From Prochlorococcus sp. AG-355-B18 (lineage in GTDB: Bacteria > Cyanobacteriota > Cyanobacteriia > PCC-6307 > Cyanobiaceae), in NCBI GenBank assembly GCA_003280965.1, contig QCDI01000001.1, forward strand, positions 1 to 64,000: a stretch of 64,000 bases of DNA. The letters run 5' to 3'. The position numbers and the translations under genes were made by a program. Shown here in pieces: positions 32,336-41,411 of this stretch; the first letter of the stretch is position 1, and each line of letters begins with the position of its first letter. The notes beneath the pieces are model-generated. The model saw only the letters and a program-made list of their open reading frames with translations. It searched no databases and had not been told where the DNA came from.

Positions 32336-33395
32336 ATGTTACAAACTTACGGAAAATCTGATGTCACCTATGACTGGTACGCAGGAAATTCTGGTGTTGT
32401 TGGCCGTTCAGGTAAATTCATAGCAGCTCATGCTGCCCATGCAGGATTAATGATGTTCTGAGCAGGAGCTTTTGGATTATTCGAACTAGCTCGTTACGAC
32501 GCCAGTATTCCAATGGGTGCACAGAAAGCAATTGTTTTGCCTCACCTAGCGGGTATTGGAATTGGAGGCGTTGAAAATGGTGTAATTACAGAACCATACG
32601 GAATTGTTGTAATTTGCACATTACATCTAATTTTTTCAGCAGTATTAGGTGCTGGTGGATTACTGCATTCCAATAAATTTGCAGGTGATCTTGGAGACTA
32701 TCCAGAAAATAGTAAGCCTCAGAAATTCGATTTTGAGTGGGATGATCCTGATAAATTAACTTTTATTCTTGGCCATCATCTAATTTTTCTTGGTCTTGGA
32801 GCAATAATGTTCGTGGAGTGGGCGCGCATTCATGGAATTTACGATCCCGCAATCGGATCTACAAGACAAGTTGTCTACAATTTAGATATTGCAGCTATTT
32901 GGAATCATCAATTTGATTTTTTTAAAAATTGATAGTCTAGAGGATGTCATGGGAGGACACGCTTTTCTCGCTTTCCTTGAAATAATTGGAGGTGTTTTCC
33001 ATATTTGTACAAAACAATTTGGAGAATATACAGAATTTAAAGGTAAGGGATTACTTGGGGCTGAGGCAATATTGTCTTACTCAGTAGTTGGCGTTTCTTA
33101 TATGGCTTTTGTAGCTGCCTTTTGGTGTGCTTCAAACACAACTATATATCCAGTTGATTTATATGGAGAGCCTTTAAAGCTTCAATTTGAATTTGCACCT
33201 TATTTTACTGATACGGTTGATTTAGGTTCAGGAGCGTACAGCTCAAGAGCTTGGCTTGCAAACACTCATTTCTATTTAGGTTTCTTCTTCTTACAAGGTC
33301 ATCTTTGGCACGCATTAAGAGCTATGGGATTTGACTTTAAGAAAATTGGCTAAGCATTTGACAACATAGAAAATACAAAAATTACACAAAATTAG
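32336..33395 (+). pseudogene. pcb: Inactivated chlorophyll a/b-binding Pcb/IsiA-like antenna gene (isiB-linked copy)
   Basis: MLQTYG..YDWYAGN start; TGA at 32459-61 at a conserved W; +1 frameshift in T7 run 32917-23; TAA at 33351-53, 14 codons before the TAG at 33395. Confidence 0.9.
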
Positions 33396-33403
33396 TTTAA
33401 TTT

Positions 33404-33438
33404 AAAAAACCTCTCTTCATTAATAGAGAGGTTTTTTT
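33404..33438 (+). terminator. Rho-independent terminator after pcb
   Basis: aaaaaacctctct...agagaggttttttt hairpin with T tract. Confidence 0.85.
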
Positions 33439-33470
33439 GTAGAATTATTTTTACGCGTTTATAAAAATTT

Positions 33471-34124
33471 ATGGAGAATCTAAGAGAAATTAATTGTAAG
33501 GAAATTTTTCGAAAGGCTTATGAAAATAGGTACACCTGGAAAAATGATTTTAATGGTTACCAAGGTAAATGCACTTTTATTCATAAAAATAATATTCATG
33601 AAGGTAAGTTCTTTTTAGGCAAAGACTTTAAACCAAATATTCAAAAAATAGATGATGTGAATATCGTTAAAAGCATTGCCTCTCAATTGTTTGAAGTTTC
33701 AATTCACAGAGTAAGAAGAGATTTTCTTTCTATACATTCAGAGAATAATTTTAATCTAATAAAGAGTTCCGAAAATGGAATAGAAATGAAAGTTTCAGGT
33801 AAAAATGATGGAGATAAATATAGGGTCAAAGATCTTGGGATTAATATGGTTTATAGAAAAATCCACGGAACTATAATAGAAATTTTTGTTGAGGACTTTT
33901 TAAACACAGGTGATGGTTTACTTAGTAAAAAATATACAAGTCAACAAGTTGACCCGAATACTCTTAAACCGAATTCTCAAAAATTAGAATATATAGATGA
34001 ATTTATAAATATAAGTACAAATGATGATTGGATTTTGAATTCAAGAACAATAAAATACTTAAACGATAACCAGGAAGAAGAAATACAGAAATTTGTTTTT
34101 GAAGAACTAAGTTTATTGAATTAG
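33471..34124 (+). CDS. DUF3386-like protein
   Basis: FRKAYENRYTW and EVSIHRVRRDF motifs. Confidence 0.75.
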   Translation: MENLREINCKEIFRKAYENRYTWKNDFNGYQGKCTFIHKNNIHEGKFFLGKDFKPNIQKIDDVNIVKSIASQLFEVSIHRVRRDFLSIHSENNFNLIKSSENGIEMKVSGKNDGDKYRVKDLGINMVYRKIHGTIIEIFVEDFLNTGDGLLSKKYTSQQVDPNTLKPNSQKLEYIDEFINISTNDDWILNSRTIKYLNDNQEEEIQKFVFEELSLLN

Positions 34125-34130
34125 ATTGCT

Positions 34131-34376
34131 CTATTCAACCAATCTAAATCCTTTATCAAGTAGTTTTTGATAGAGAAGTCTTGCTCTAAAGGCTAAAATT
34201 TGTTCTTCATTTTCATTGCTTATTACATGAAAATAATTATTATCCAATTTGTTTTTACTAAAGCATACGTTTGCTTCTCCTAATCTTAAAGTCCAATTTT
34301 CTTCTTTGGCTAGATGTTGATTAGGGCCGAGGTCCCATGGGCATTTTTCAGGATATTTTTCTCTTTTAGAACCCAT
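34131..34376 (-). CDS. Hypothetical protein
   Basis: 81-aa ATG ORF filling the gap; ARLLYQKLL.KGF C-terminus. Confidence 0.5.
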   Translation of the reverse strand: MGSKREKYPEKCPWDLGPNQHLAKEENWTLRLGEANVCFSKNKLDNNYFHVISNENEEQILAFRARLLYQKLLDKGFRLVE

Positions 34377-34483
34377 AATTATTAATTTTAACTATCCAAT
34401 ATTAGTAAAAATTTGAAAGTATGGCTATGGAATATGATTTATTCCATTAATTATCAATTCACTCAATTTGATATGGGATTTAT

Positions 34484-35122
34484 CTACTCTTTAGTTGCAA
34501 TCAAACAATAAAAAGGATCTTTATTTAAAAAATAAAAGATATTAAGGGCCGGTTGATTAAATTTTTTTATAATATTTGGTTCATTAAATCCGTTTGTGAT
34601 TAATACTTTTCGTACATACTTAATTCTCTCTTCCTCAGTAGAAGTGGTCCATATATTTGGAGCCTTATGCCAAAATGCTCTATTTGAAAAAGCAATTATA
34701 AATTTGCCCTGATCATTCAAAATCCGTGCGATTTCTTTAGTTAAATTCTCTGGATATTGTAAATATTGCCAACCAGCCACCATTAAACAATAATCAACGC
34801 TTCCGCTATCAAGAGGAATTACTTGATTTAAATTGAAATTTTGTATCCAAAAAGAATCAAAAATTTTGTTTTTTTCAAGTTCTTGTTTGTTTAATCCATG
34901 CCCAATAACTTTTTTGTATTTTTTTTCTAAAGGTAAATAACTGTCCCAACTGGACATTAAATCAAGGACAGTTGAATAATCTGCAATTTCATTTTTATAA
35001 ACATTCGATAAATTTTGTCTGAAATTTGCATCCAGATGATAAACAAATTTTGGGTCAGAATAAAATTCTTCATCATTAGTTTCATCAAGTTTTTTTCTTT
35101 GATAATTATTTAAAACTTCCAA
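34484..35122 (-). CDS. Class I SAM-dependent methyltransferase (likely TTG start at 35122; ORF extends to 35233)
   Basis: KLDE..D..FY..P.FV.HLD, VLDLMSSW, FSNR.F..KA. Confidence 0.8.
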   Translation of the reverse strand: MEVLNNYQRKKLDETNDEEFYSDPKFVYHLDANFRQNLSNVYKNEIADYSTVLDLMSSWDSYLPLEKKYKKVIGHGLNKQELEKNKIFDSFWIQNFNLNQVIPLDSGSVDYCLMVAGWQYLQYPENLTKEIARILNDQGKFIIAFSNRAFWHKAPNIWTTSTEEERIKYVRKVLITNGFNEPNIIKKFNQPALNIFYFLNKDPFYCLIATKE

Positions 35123-35277
35123 AACATTTATTATTTGATATGACTTAAATTTAGTAAATAGAAATTTATAGTGTGATTTAGATAGGTTTTTTATATTTAT
35201 ATTAATTAAAAATTTTTTAAAAAACCTAGACATATATTCAAAAAAAGTTAAATTATTGGTTAATAATTTAATTAAAT

Positions 35278-35448
35278 ATGATTGAATTCAAAAGGAGCAA
35301 AAAAAGTAGATCTAAAAATGCCCTTTTCAATCCCTATAAAAACGGAATAAGCTCATATGATATGACATATTTGTCATCAAAAAAAGTCCAAAAATCTAAA
35401 ACTGTTCATTTAGAAGGTGATTCCCAAAAAGATTATTTAGCTGCATAA
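35278..35448 (+). CDS. Small basic hypothetical protein (56 aa), absent from ORF track
   Basis: MIEFKRSKKSRSK...GDSQKDYLAA; stop 2 nt before the MIF-like ATG. Confidence 0.55.
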   Translation: MIEFKRSKKSRSKNALFNPYKNGISSYDMTYLSSKKVQKSKTVHLEGDSQKDYLAA

Positions 35449-35450
35449 AT

Positions 35451-35783
35451 ATGCCTTATATCAATGTTTCTACTTCAGTCAAGGTAGATGATAAGAAGAA
35501 ATTACTTGAAGAAATTTCAATACTTGTCTCATCACTAACTAATAAATCGAAAAGATTTGTAATGGCTAAAATAGAAGATAATTCCCAAATGTATTTTGAA
35601 GATGAAACCCCTTGTTGTTTTTTAGAGATTAAGTCAATAGGCTCTTTAAATCCATCTGAAATGGCAAAGCAAATATCTAATTTTGTATATGAAAAAATGG
35701 GAATTCCAATAGATAAAATTTATATTTCTTTTGAGGATGTGCCTGCTTCAATGTGGGCTTGGAATGGAAGAACCTTTGGATAA
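35451..35783 (+). CDS. MIF/phenylpyruvate tautomerase family protein
   Basis: N-terminal Pro (MPYI), KSIG, WNGRTFG. Confidence 0.88.
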   Translation: MPYINVSTSVKVDDKKKLLEEISILVSSLTNKSKRFVMAKIEDNSQMYFEDETPCCFLEIKSIGSLNPSEMAKQISNFVYEKMGIPIDKIYISFEDVPASMWAWNGRTFG

Positions 35784-35807
35784 AAACTATTTTTAAATAT
35801 TAATTTA

Positions 35808-36197
35808 ATGGAAATAAATAAGTTAGTTGATTTAAACACTTTCAGAGTTGCTCCTAAATTGAACAATAGTCAAATAAAAAAACTTTTTGGAGAATTAGAA
35901 TCAAATATATCTAAGGCAGATTGGATGACAATAGGAATAATGGCACCTAGTGATATTAAGGCTGTTGAAGCATTGCAATCAATTTCTAAAAAATACTCTT
36001 CAATCAAGTTTGGTAATTTAGATTCTCTTTCTGCTAATGGAAGTGTTTTTTTAAAAGCTAATCAAAAAACTAGTAATGTTTTTATTAGATCTGAAAATGG
36101 TATTGGAGAAGGAATTTTAATAACATGTCAGTATGATGAAAATGCTTCAGAGTCAAATACTTTTGGACCATTGCCATTAGATTTTTTTCATAATTAA
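35808..36197 (+). CDS. DUF1824-like protein
   Basis: W.TIGIMA, VFLKANQ, TFGPLPLDFF. Confidence 0.75.
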   Translation: MEINKLVDLNTFRVAPKLNNSQIKKLFGELESNISKADWMTIGIMAPSDIKAVEALQSISKKYSSIKFGNLDSLSANGSVFLKANQKTSNVFIRSENGIGEGILITCQYDENASESNTFGPLPLDFFHN

Positions 36198-36347
36198 TTC
36201 CTCAGTCATGTCTTAATAAAGAGTTTAATTTTATGAAAGTTTTTACAAGATAATAATCTTCAGAACTCAGAGTTGAAAACTTTTTTGCTTTTAAGCTTTG
36301 TTATTATATTTACTGGCATTGATCTAAATTCTCCACTTTTTTAAAAT

Positions 36348-37226
36348 TTGATGTTTTTTCAGGATATAATCCAAAATCTCAATAATTTCTGGTCTGATGA
36401 AGGTTGTTTGATTATGCAGCCTTACGATACGGAAAAGGGTGCTGGCACAATGAATCCTCATACTTTCTTGAGGGCTATTGGACCGGAACCTTGGTCCGTT
36501 GCATATGCCGAACCATGTAGAAGACCTACAGATGGAAGATTTGGGGAAAATCCGAACCGTGCTCAACATTATTTTCAATATCAGGTAATAATTAAGCCTT
36601 CTCCTGATGGGATACAAGAAAAATATTTGAAATCTCTAGAATCTCTTGGAATAAATTCTAAAGATCACGATATTAGATTTGTTGAAGATAATTGGGAGTC
36701 GCCAACTCTTGGAGCATGGGGAGTGGGCTGGGAAGTTTGGTTGGATGGTATGGAAGTTACTCAATTTACTTATTTTCAACAATGTGGCGGTGTAGATTGT
36801 CAACCAATACCAATTGAAATTACATATGGTTTAGAAAGAATTGCAATGTTCTTGCAAGATCAAGAAAGTATTTGGGATTTAAACTGGAATCAAAATCTGA
36901 AATATAGCGATATCTGGCTCCAATTTGAGAAAGGGCAATGCTCATATAACTTTTCTGAATCAAATCCCGAAAATCTCAGAAAATTATTTGAAATCTATCA
37001 AGATGAAGCGAATTTATTAATTGAAAAGAAACTAACTTATCCTGCCCTTGATTATGTTTTAAAATGTAGCCACACCTTTAATTTGCTTGATGCTAGAGGT
37101 GTAATTTCAGTAACAGATCGTGCTCAATATATAGAAAAAATTAGAAAGTTAGCTAGAGAAGTTGCATCTGCTTGGTTAGAGGAAAGAGAATTTATGGGTT
37201 TCCCATTAGTAGAAAAAAATAAATAG
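36348..37226 (+). CDS. glyQ: Glycine-tRNA ligase alpha subunit
   Basis: [34 protein letters not shown]. Confidence 0.97.
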   Translation: MMFFQDIIQNLNNFWSDEGCLIMQPYDTEKGAGTMNPHTFLRAIGPEPWSVAYAEPCRRPTDGRFGENPNRAQHYFQYQVIIKPSPDGIQEKYLKSLESLGINSKDHDIRFVEDNWESPTLGAWGVGWEVWLDGMEVTQFTYFQQCGGVDCQPIPIEITYGLERIAMFLQDQESIWDLNWNQNLKYSDIWLQFEKGQCSYNFSESNPENLRKLFEIYQDEANLLIEKKLTYPALDYVLKCSHTFNLLDARGVISVTDRAQYIEKIRKLAREVASAWLEEREFMGFPLVEKNK

Positions 37227-37253
37227 CAATTTCAAAGATTAAATATTTGTACG

Positions 37254-37271
37254 ATGTAAAAAATTATACAT
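37254..37271. promoter_or_regulatory. TGTA-N8-TACA palindrome upstream of porin
   Basis: aTGTAaaaaattaTACAt; TACAAT -10 candidate at 37314. Confidence 0.5.
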
Positions 37272-37348
37272 TGATGTGCATCTATTAGTCCTTCTCAAAA
37301 AAGTTACCATCGATACAATTTAATTACCCATTTCTATGGGCATTTTTC

Positions 37349-37356
37349 GTGTGAGG
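37349..37356 (+). promoter_or_regulatory. Probable Yfr1 sRNA target site over the porin ribosome-binding region
   Basis: GTGTGAGG 4 nt before ATG; complementary to the Yfr1 motif ACUCCUCACAC. Confidence 0.6.
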
Positions 37357-37360
37357 TAAA

Positions 37361-38677
37361 ATGAAACTCTTCCAAAAACTTTTGGTTGCTAGTACTGCTT
37401 TGGGCTTATTAACCCCAATCGCAGCGCAAGCTACTGAAGCTGTCAATCTTGATGATATGGATAGCTACCGTCGTAGCTCATCTAAAGTCAAAAAATTTGA
37501 TAGCAATACTTTCGCTAATGAAATTAGTGAAGATGTCGCAACCCTAAATGGTCGCGTTGATGGTCTTGAAGCTAGACAAAACAATTTTGAAGCTGGATCT
37601 TTCTCATCTACTACAACTATGGATGGAAAAGCTGTTTTCGCAGTTGGTGGCGTTGATGGCGGTGATACAATAGGCGGTTCAGAAGCTCTTTCTTACGCTT
37701 ATGTATATAAGATGAACTTGAATACAAGTTTCACTGGTGATGACAATCTTTATGTAAGATTATCTGCGGGTGATTGGGGTTCTAACTTTACTAAAAAGCC
37801 AGGTAATTACCATATTGAAGCAAAAAATACTAACAACGAACTCAGACTTGACAAAATTTGGTACACATTCCCTCTAGGAGATAATGCAACTGTTTGGGTT
37901 GGCCCTATGATAGAAAACTATTATATGATGGCTGCAACTCCTTCCATTTATAAGCCTGGCGTATTAAAAGCATTTAAACTAGGCGGTAATGGTGCAGTTT
38001 TCGGTGCTAGTACTGATGGTGGTGCTGGACTTAAGTATGAATTCGGTGATAGTGGCTTCGCAATGAGCACAAACTACGTTGGTAAGGGTAGTGGAACATC
38101 TAAAGGGATCTTAACTGATTCTGATAAGAGTAAAATTGATACTATGATAACTTTTACAAAGCCACAGTATCATGCTTCTATAACTTACTCTAAGCAACAT
38201 GCTGGATGGGATGCCCATGAGTATTATTCAACAGAACTTATTCATGGTAATGTTGGTACTTCTACCAAATTGAGTTCAGATACTAACGCTGATGCATATG
38301 CATTAAGAGCTTACTGGAGACCAGAAGATTCAGGTACTGCTATGCCTGAAATATCAGTTGGTTATGATTCAATTAGTTTTGATAATCATCCCCTGAATGT
38401 ATCAGAAGGCTCTGGATATTTTGTTGGACTAGGTTGGCAGGATATGATCCAAGCTGACGATAGAATAGGAATAGCCTTAGGACAACCTGTTAAGGCAACA
38501 CAAGTTTCTTCTGGAACTTTGAGTGAAGTAGAACCTTTCCTATGGGAAGCTTACTATTCATTCAAGCCTAACGATTCAATTACTGTTACTTCTGCTGTAT
38601 GGGGAGGAACTGATGTTGAGTCCTCAACTGACCAGGATGTCTTTGGAGCAATGCTTACCACAGTATTTAAGTTCTAA
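37361..38677 (+). CDS. Cyanobacterial outer-membrane porin (Som family)
   Basis: Signal peptide, RVDGLEA coiled coil, FSSTTTMDGK, LNTSFTGDD, C-terminal FKF. Confidence 0.92.
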   Translation: MKLFQKLLVASTALGLLTPIAAQATEAVNLDDMDSYRRSSSKVKKFDSNTFANEISEDVATLNGRVDGLEARQNNFEAGSFSSTTTMDGKAVFAVGGVDGGDTIGGSEALSYAYVYKMNLNTSFTGDDNLYVRLSAGDWGSNFTKKPGNYHIEAKNTNNELRLDKIWYTFPLGDNATVWVGPMIENYYMMAATPSIYKPGVLKAFKLGGNGAVFGASTDGGAGLKYEFGDSGFAMSTNYVGKGSGTSKGILTDSDKSKIDTMITFTKPQYHASITYSKQHAGWDAHEYYSTELIHGNVGTSTKLSSDTNADAYALRAYWRPEDSGTAMPEISVGYDSISFDNHPLNVSEGSGYFVGLGWQDMIQADDRIGIALGQPVKATQVSSGTLSEVEPFLWEAYYSFKPNDSITVTSAVWGGTDVESSTDQDVFGAMLTTVFKF

Positions 38678-38684
38678 ATAAAAG

Positions 38685-38750
38685 AAAACCCCTCAAAAAG
38701 AGGGGCACCTTTTTTTAATATTAAAGCCTCATTGTATGGGGGTTTTTTTT
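38685..38750. terminator. Two hairpins between convergent genes
   Basis: cccctc-aaaaa-gagggg and aaagcctcat-tgt-atgggggttttttt. Confidence 0.7.
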
Positions 38751-38977
38751 TACCAACAATTTTCTCCTTCACCTATTGGAACGCACAAATTAGAATTTTT
38801 TGCTTCGTCAGCAATTTTTTGAGCATCATCATCAAGGACAAAATCTGCATCAATTGACATATCAGTATTCCACTCCTTAAGTCCACCTAAATCTTGTCCT
38901 CCTGCATTTACAGGTGATGAAATTGCTAGCGCACTTGTCGCGGCTATGAATACTGTAATTGAACTTTTTCTTGGCAT
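38750..38977 (-). CDS. Small secreted acidic protein with C-terminal C-x8-C-W
   Basis: Signal peptide (..SSPVNA), acidic core, LCVPIGEGENCW end. Confidence 0.75.
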   Translation of the reverse strand: MPRKSSITVFIAATSALAISSPVNAGGQDLGGLKEWNTDMSIDADFVLDDDAQKIADEAKNSNLCVPIGEGENCW

Positions 38978-39051
38978 TTTTTACTTTTATTTATAGTAAA
39001 CATTCTAAATATTTCTAATAACTTTTTCTATTTGATGTATAAAATGATCTA

Positions 39052-39717
39052 TTAATTACCTAGTATTCTTAACAAATTTGAATAGGATTTGAAAATTAAA
39101 TCAACCTCATCTGATCTCCCATATTTTGCTAAGAGTCCTCTTGCTCCTGCATCAAGATCAAATAAATATTCCCTTTCCTCAGTCGATTTAACATAACTTT
39201 CTATCCAGCCTACACAAACTAATCTTTCACCATCAGTTATTTCATTTACTGCATGTAAATAAGAACTTGGATAAATAATAATCTCTCCAGCATTTAACTT
39301 AAATTTCTCTTCTGAATTCATTGTTTCAATAATTAATTCTCCACCTTTGTATAAATTTTTATTCGTTAATGAAAGAGTAAAAGATAAGTCTGATCTCCCT
39401 GAAGACATGTATGGATTATCAATATGTCTTCCATAATGCATATTTTTTGATGATTTTGTAAACATTATTCCATGGATTCTTTTTGGTAAAGAAAAACTTT
39501 TTATTAATTGGTTAGTGAGGATTTTTTTATTTACTATTTGAGAATATTTTTTTGATGCCTCTGAATTTCTATTTAGCTGCAAATTATTTTTTACTATTGA
39601 AGCGTGACTGCCGGCTGTTTTTTTCCCATCTTCCCAATCTTGGGGATATTTCTCTAATTCTTTTTTTATTAAATTTATTTCTTCAGTGTTTAATAACTGA
39701 TGGATTAAATAATTCAT
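39052..39717 (-). CDS. piuC: PKHD-type Fe(II)/2-oxoglutarate dioxygenase (PiuC-like)
   Basis: W.DG..TAG, YGRHIDN, GGEL, YPSSYLH.V, R...VGWIES. Confidence 0.88.
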   Translation of the reverse strand: MNYLIHQLLNTEEINLIKKELEKYPQDWEDGKKTAGSHASIVKNNLQLNRNSEASKKYSQIVNKKILTNQLIKSFSLPKRIHGIMFTKSSKNMHYGRHIDNPYMSSGRSDLSFTLSLTNKNLYKGGELIIETMNSEEKFKLNAGEIIIYPSSYLHAVNEITDGERLVCVGWIESYVKSTEEREYLFDLDAGARGLLAKYGRSDEVDLIFKSYSNLLRILGN

Positions 39718-39818
39718 ATGAAATATAAAAAATGATACATCTTTTGTATAGAAGTTCGCTTTTGAAGTTTGAACTGTTTTTATAGGTATAAAGTAACCAT
39801 AGATACTATTTTTAAAAA

Positions 39819-40841
39819 GTGCAAAAACTTAAAAAAGTAATTTATTCGGCATTGGCATGTACATTTTTATTGAACGTTAATATACCTGCTAATTCAACAG
39901 AAAAAGAAGTCAAAGTTTTTTCAGGCAGACATTACAACACAGATAGAAGTGTATATAAAAAATTTGCAGAAGAAACTGGGATAAAAGTTCGACTAATTGA
40001 AGCTGCTGGTATCTCCTTAATCGAAAGGCTAAAAAGAGAGGGAAAAAATTCTCAAGCCGATCTAATTTTGCTTGTTGATGCGGCAAGAATTACTAATGCT
40101 GCGAAATTAGGCTTGCTACAGAAGATTGATTCTAATAATTTAGAAAATGATGTTCCAGTTGGATTAAAAGATCCTGATAAGGAATGGTACGCATTAACAA
40201 GAAGAGTAAGAGTTATGGTCGCGAATCCAAAGGTGGTAGATGTAAGCAAAATTAATGATTACACTGATCTAGCGGACCCCTCTTTAAAAGGAAAAGTATG
40301 TTTGAGGAATAGAAAAAGTCCATATAATCAGTCTTTGGTAGCGAATCAAATAATTAATAAGGGTGAAGAAGCAACTAAGAATTGGCTTAATGGGATGATT
40401 TCAAATGTATCAAAACCTTTTTTTCCAGGGGATATTTCTATCGTAAGAGCAGTTTCTAAGAAAAAGTGTGGAGTAGGAATTGTAAACCATTACTATGTTG
40501 CAAGAATGCTAGCTGGTGTAAATGGAAGAAGAGATGCGTTATATGCAAAAAAAACAACAGTCCTCACACCTAATCCTGCACATGTAAATATTAGTGCTGG
40601 TGGTGTAGCTAGATACGCAAGAAACAAAACTGCAGCTATAAAGCTACTTGAATATTTAGCTTCTCCTAGTGGAAGTGAGGGGCTAGCAGCTCCTACTTTT
40701 GAACATCCATTGAAAGAGGTAAATCAAAGTCCTATTGTTAAAGACTTTGGATCATTTATTCCTGATAAAGTTACAGTAGAAGATCTTGGTGTTAATAATT
40801 CTCTTGCAATAAAATTGATGAAAGATGCAGGCTGGGATTAA
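39819..40841 (+). CDS. futA: Fe(III) ABC transporter periplasmic binding protein
   Basis: SGRHY, RLKREG..S.AD, YNQSL, VNHYY. Confidence 0.93.
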   Translation: MQKLKKVIYSALACTFLLNVNIPANSTEKEVKVFSGRHYNTDRSVYKKFAEETGIKVRLIEAAGISLIERLKREGKNSQADLILLVDAARITNAAKLGLLQKIDSNNLENDVPVGLKDPDKEWYALTRRVRVMVANPKVVDVSKINDYTDLADPSLKGKVCLRNRKSPYNQSLVANQIINKGEEATKNWLNGMISNVSKPFFPGDISIVRAVSKKKCGVGIVNHYYVARMLAGVNGRRDALYAKKTTVLTPNPAHVNISAGGVARYARNKTAAIKLLEYLASPSGSEGLAAPTFEHPLKEVNQSPIVKDFGSFIPDKVTVEDLGVNNSLAIKLMKDAGWD

Positions 40842-40891
40842 AGCCGAATAAAAACCTAAAATAGAATCAGAAATATAATATATATAAGTAA

Positions 40892-40976
40892 GGAGAGGTG
40901 GCTGAGAGGTCGAAAGCGAACGACTCGAAATCGTTTAATAGGGAACTATTCGTGGGTTCGAATCCCACCCTCTCCG
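40892..40976 (+). tRNA. tRNA-Ser(CGA)
   Basis: GGAGAGG acceptor, CT-CGA-AA loop, long variable arm, GGTTCGAATCC, CCTCTCCG end. Confidence 0.95.
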
Positions 40977-41112
40977 TAAAAAATTTATTTTGATACTACA
41001 TTTATGCTGTAATCAATCCTCCAAATAGACTGCAATTACAGGATAGTTGAGAAAAATACTTATGGTCAGATAACTTTTTGATTTTGAAATATAAGGTATT
41101 TCTAGGGAAAAT

Positions 41113-41286
41113 ATGGGTAACAAATAAGTGGTACATGTTTTATTTCCATGGGGTATGAAAAGCACCCATGGGGTACATAAAAATACCAGTGCGATTTCAG
41201 CAATTTAGGAGATAGTTCAAGTGACACCTTCTTATGATGGGGGACAAGAAATTTTGATGTGGTACAGAATATTTTGATGGGGTTTA
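41113..41286 (+). repeat. Cluster of ATG(G/T)GGTACA-like direct repeats, partly at 20-bp spacing
   Basis: Copies near 41126, 41148, 41168, 41237, 41257, 41277; also 42650 and 42662. Confidence 0.65.
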
Positions 41287-41411
41287 TTGGTTGACAGTTG
41301 ATCTAAAATTTAGAATAAACATCTATTTTATATGGTGTATTCAGGTGACATTTAGAGAACGCGAGAATGATATCGACTTAGTTACATCAAATTTCAAAAT
41401 TTTTTTCGGAC

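Noticed and set aside
32459..32461. TGA at a Trp position as a sign of genetic-code reassignment or programmed readthrough
   Set aside because: Other genes use TGG for Trp and TGA as stop, and the same gene also has a frameshift and a TAA
32513..33353. Two separate pcb-like ORFs in the track
   Set aside because: They are fragments of one disrupted gene
41113..41286. Repeat cluster as a CRISPR array
   Set aside because: Repeats ~11 bp, spacers ~9 bp, no cas genes
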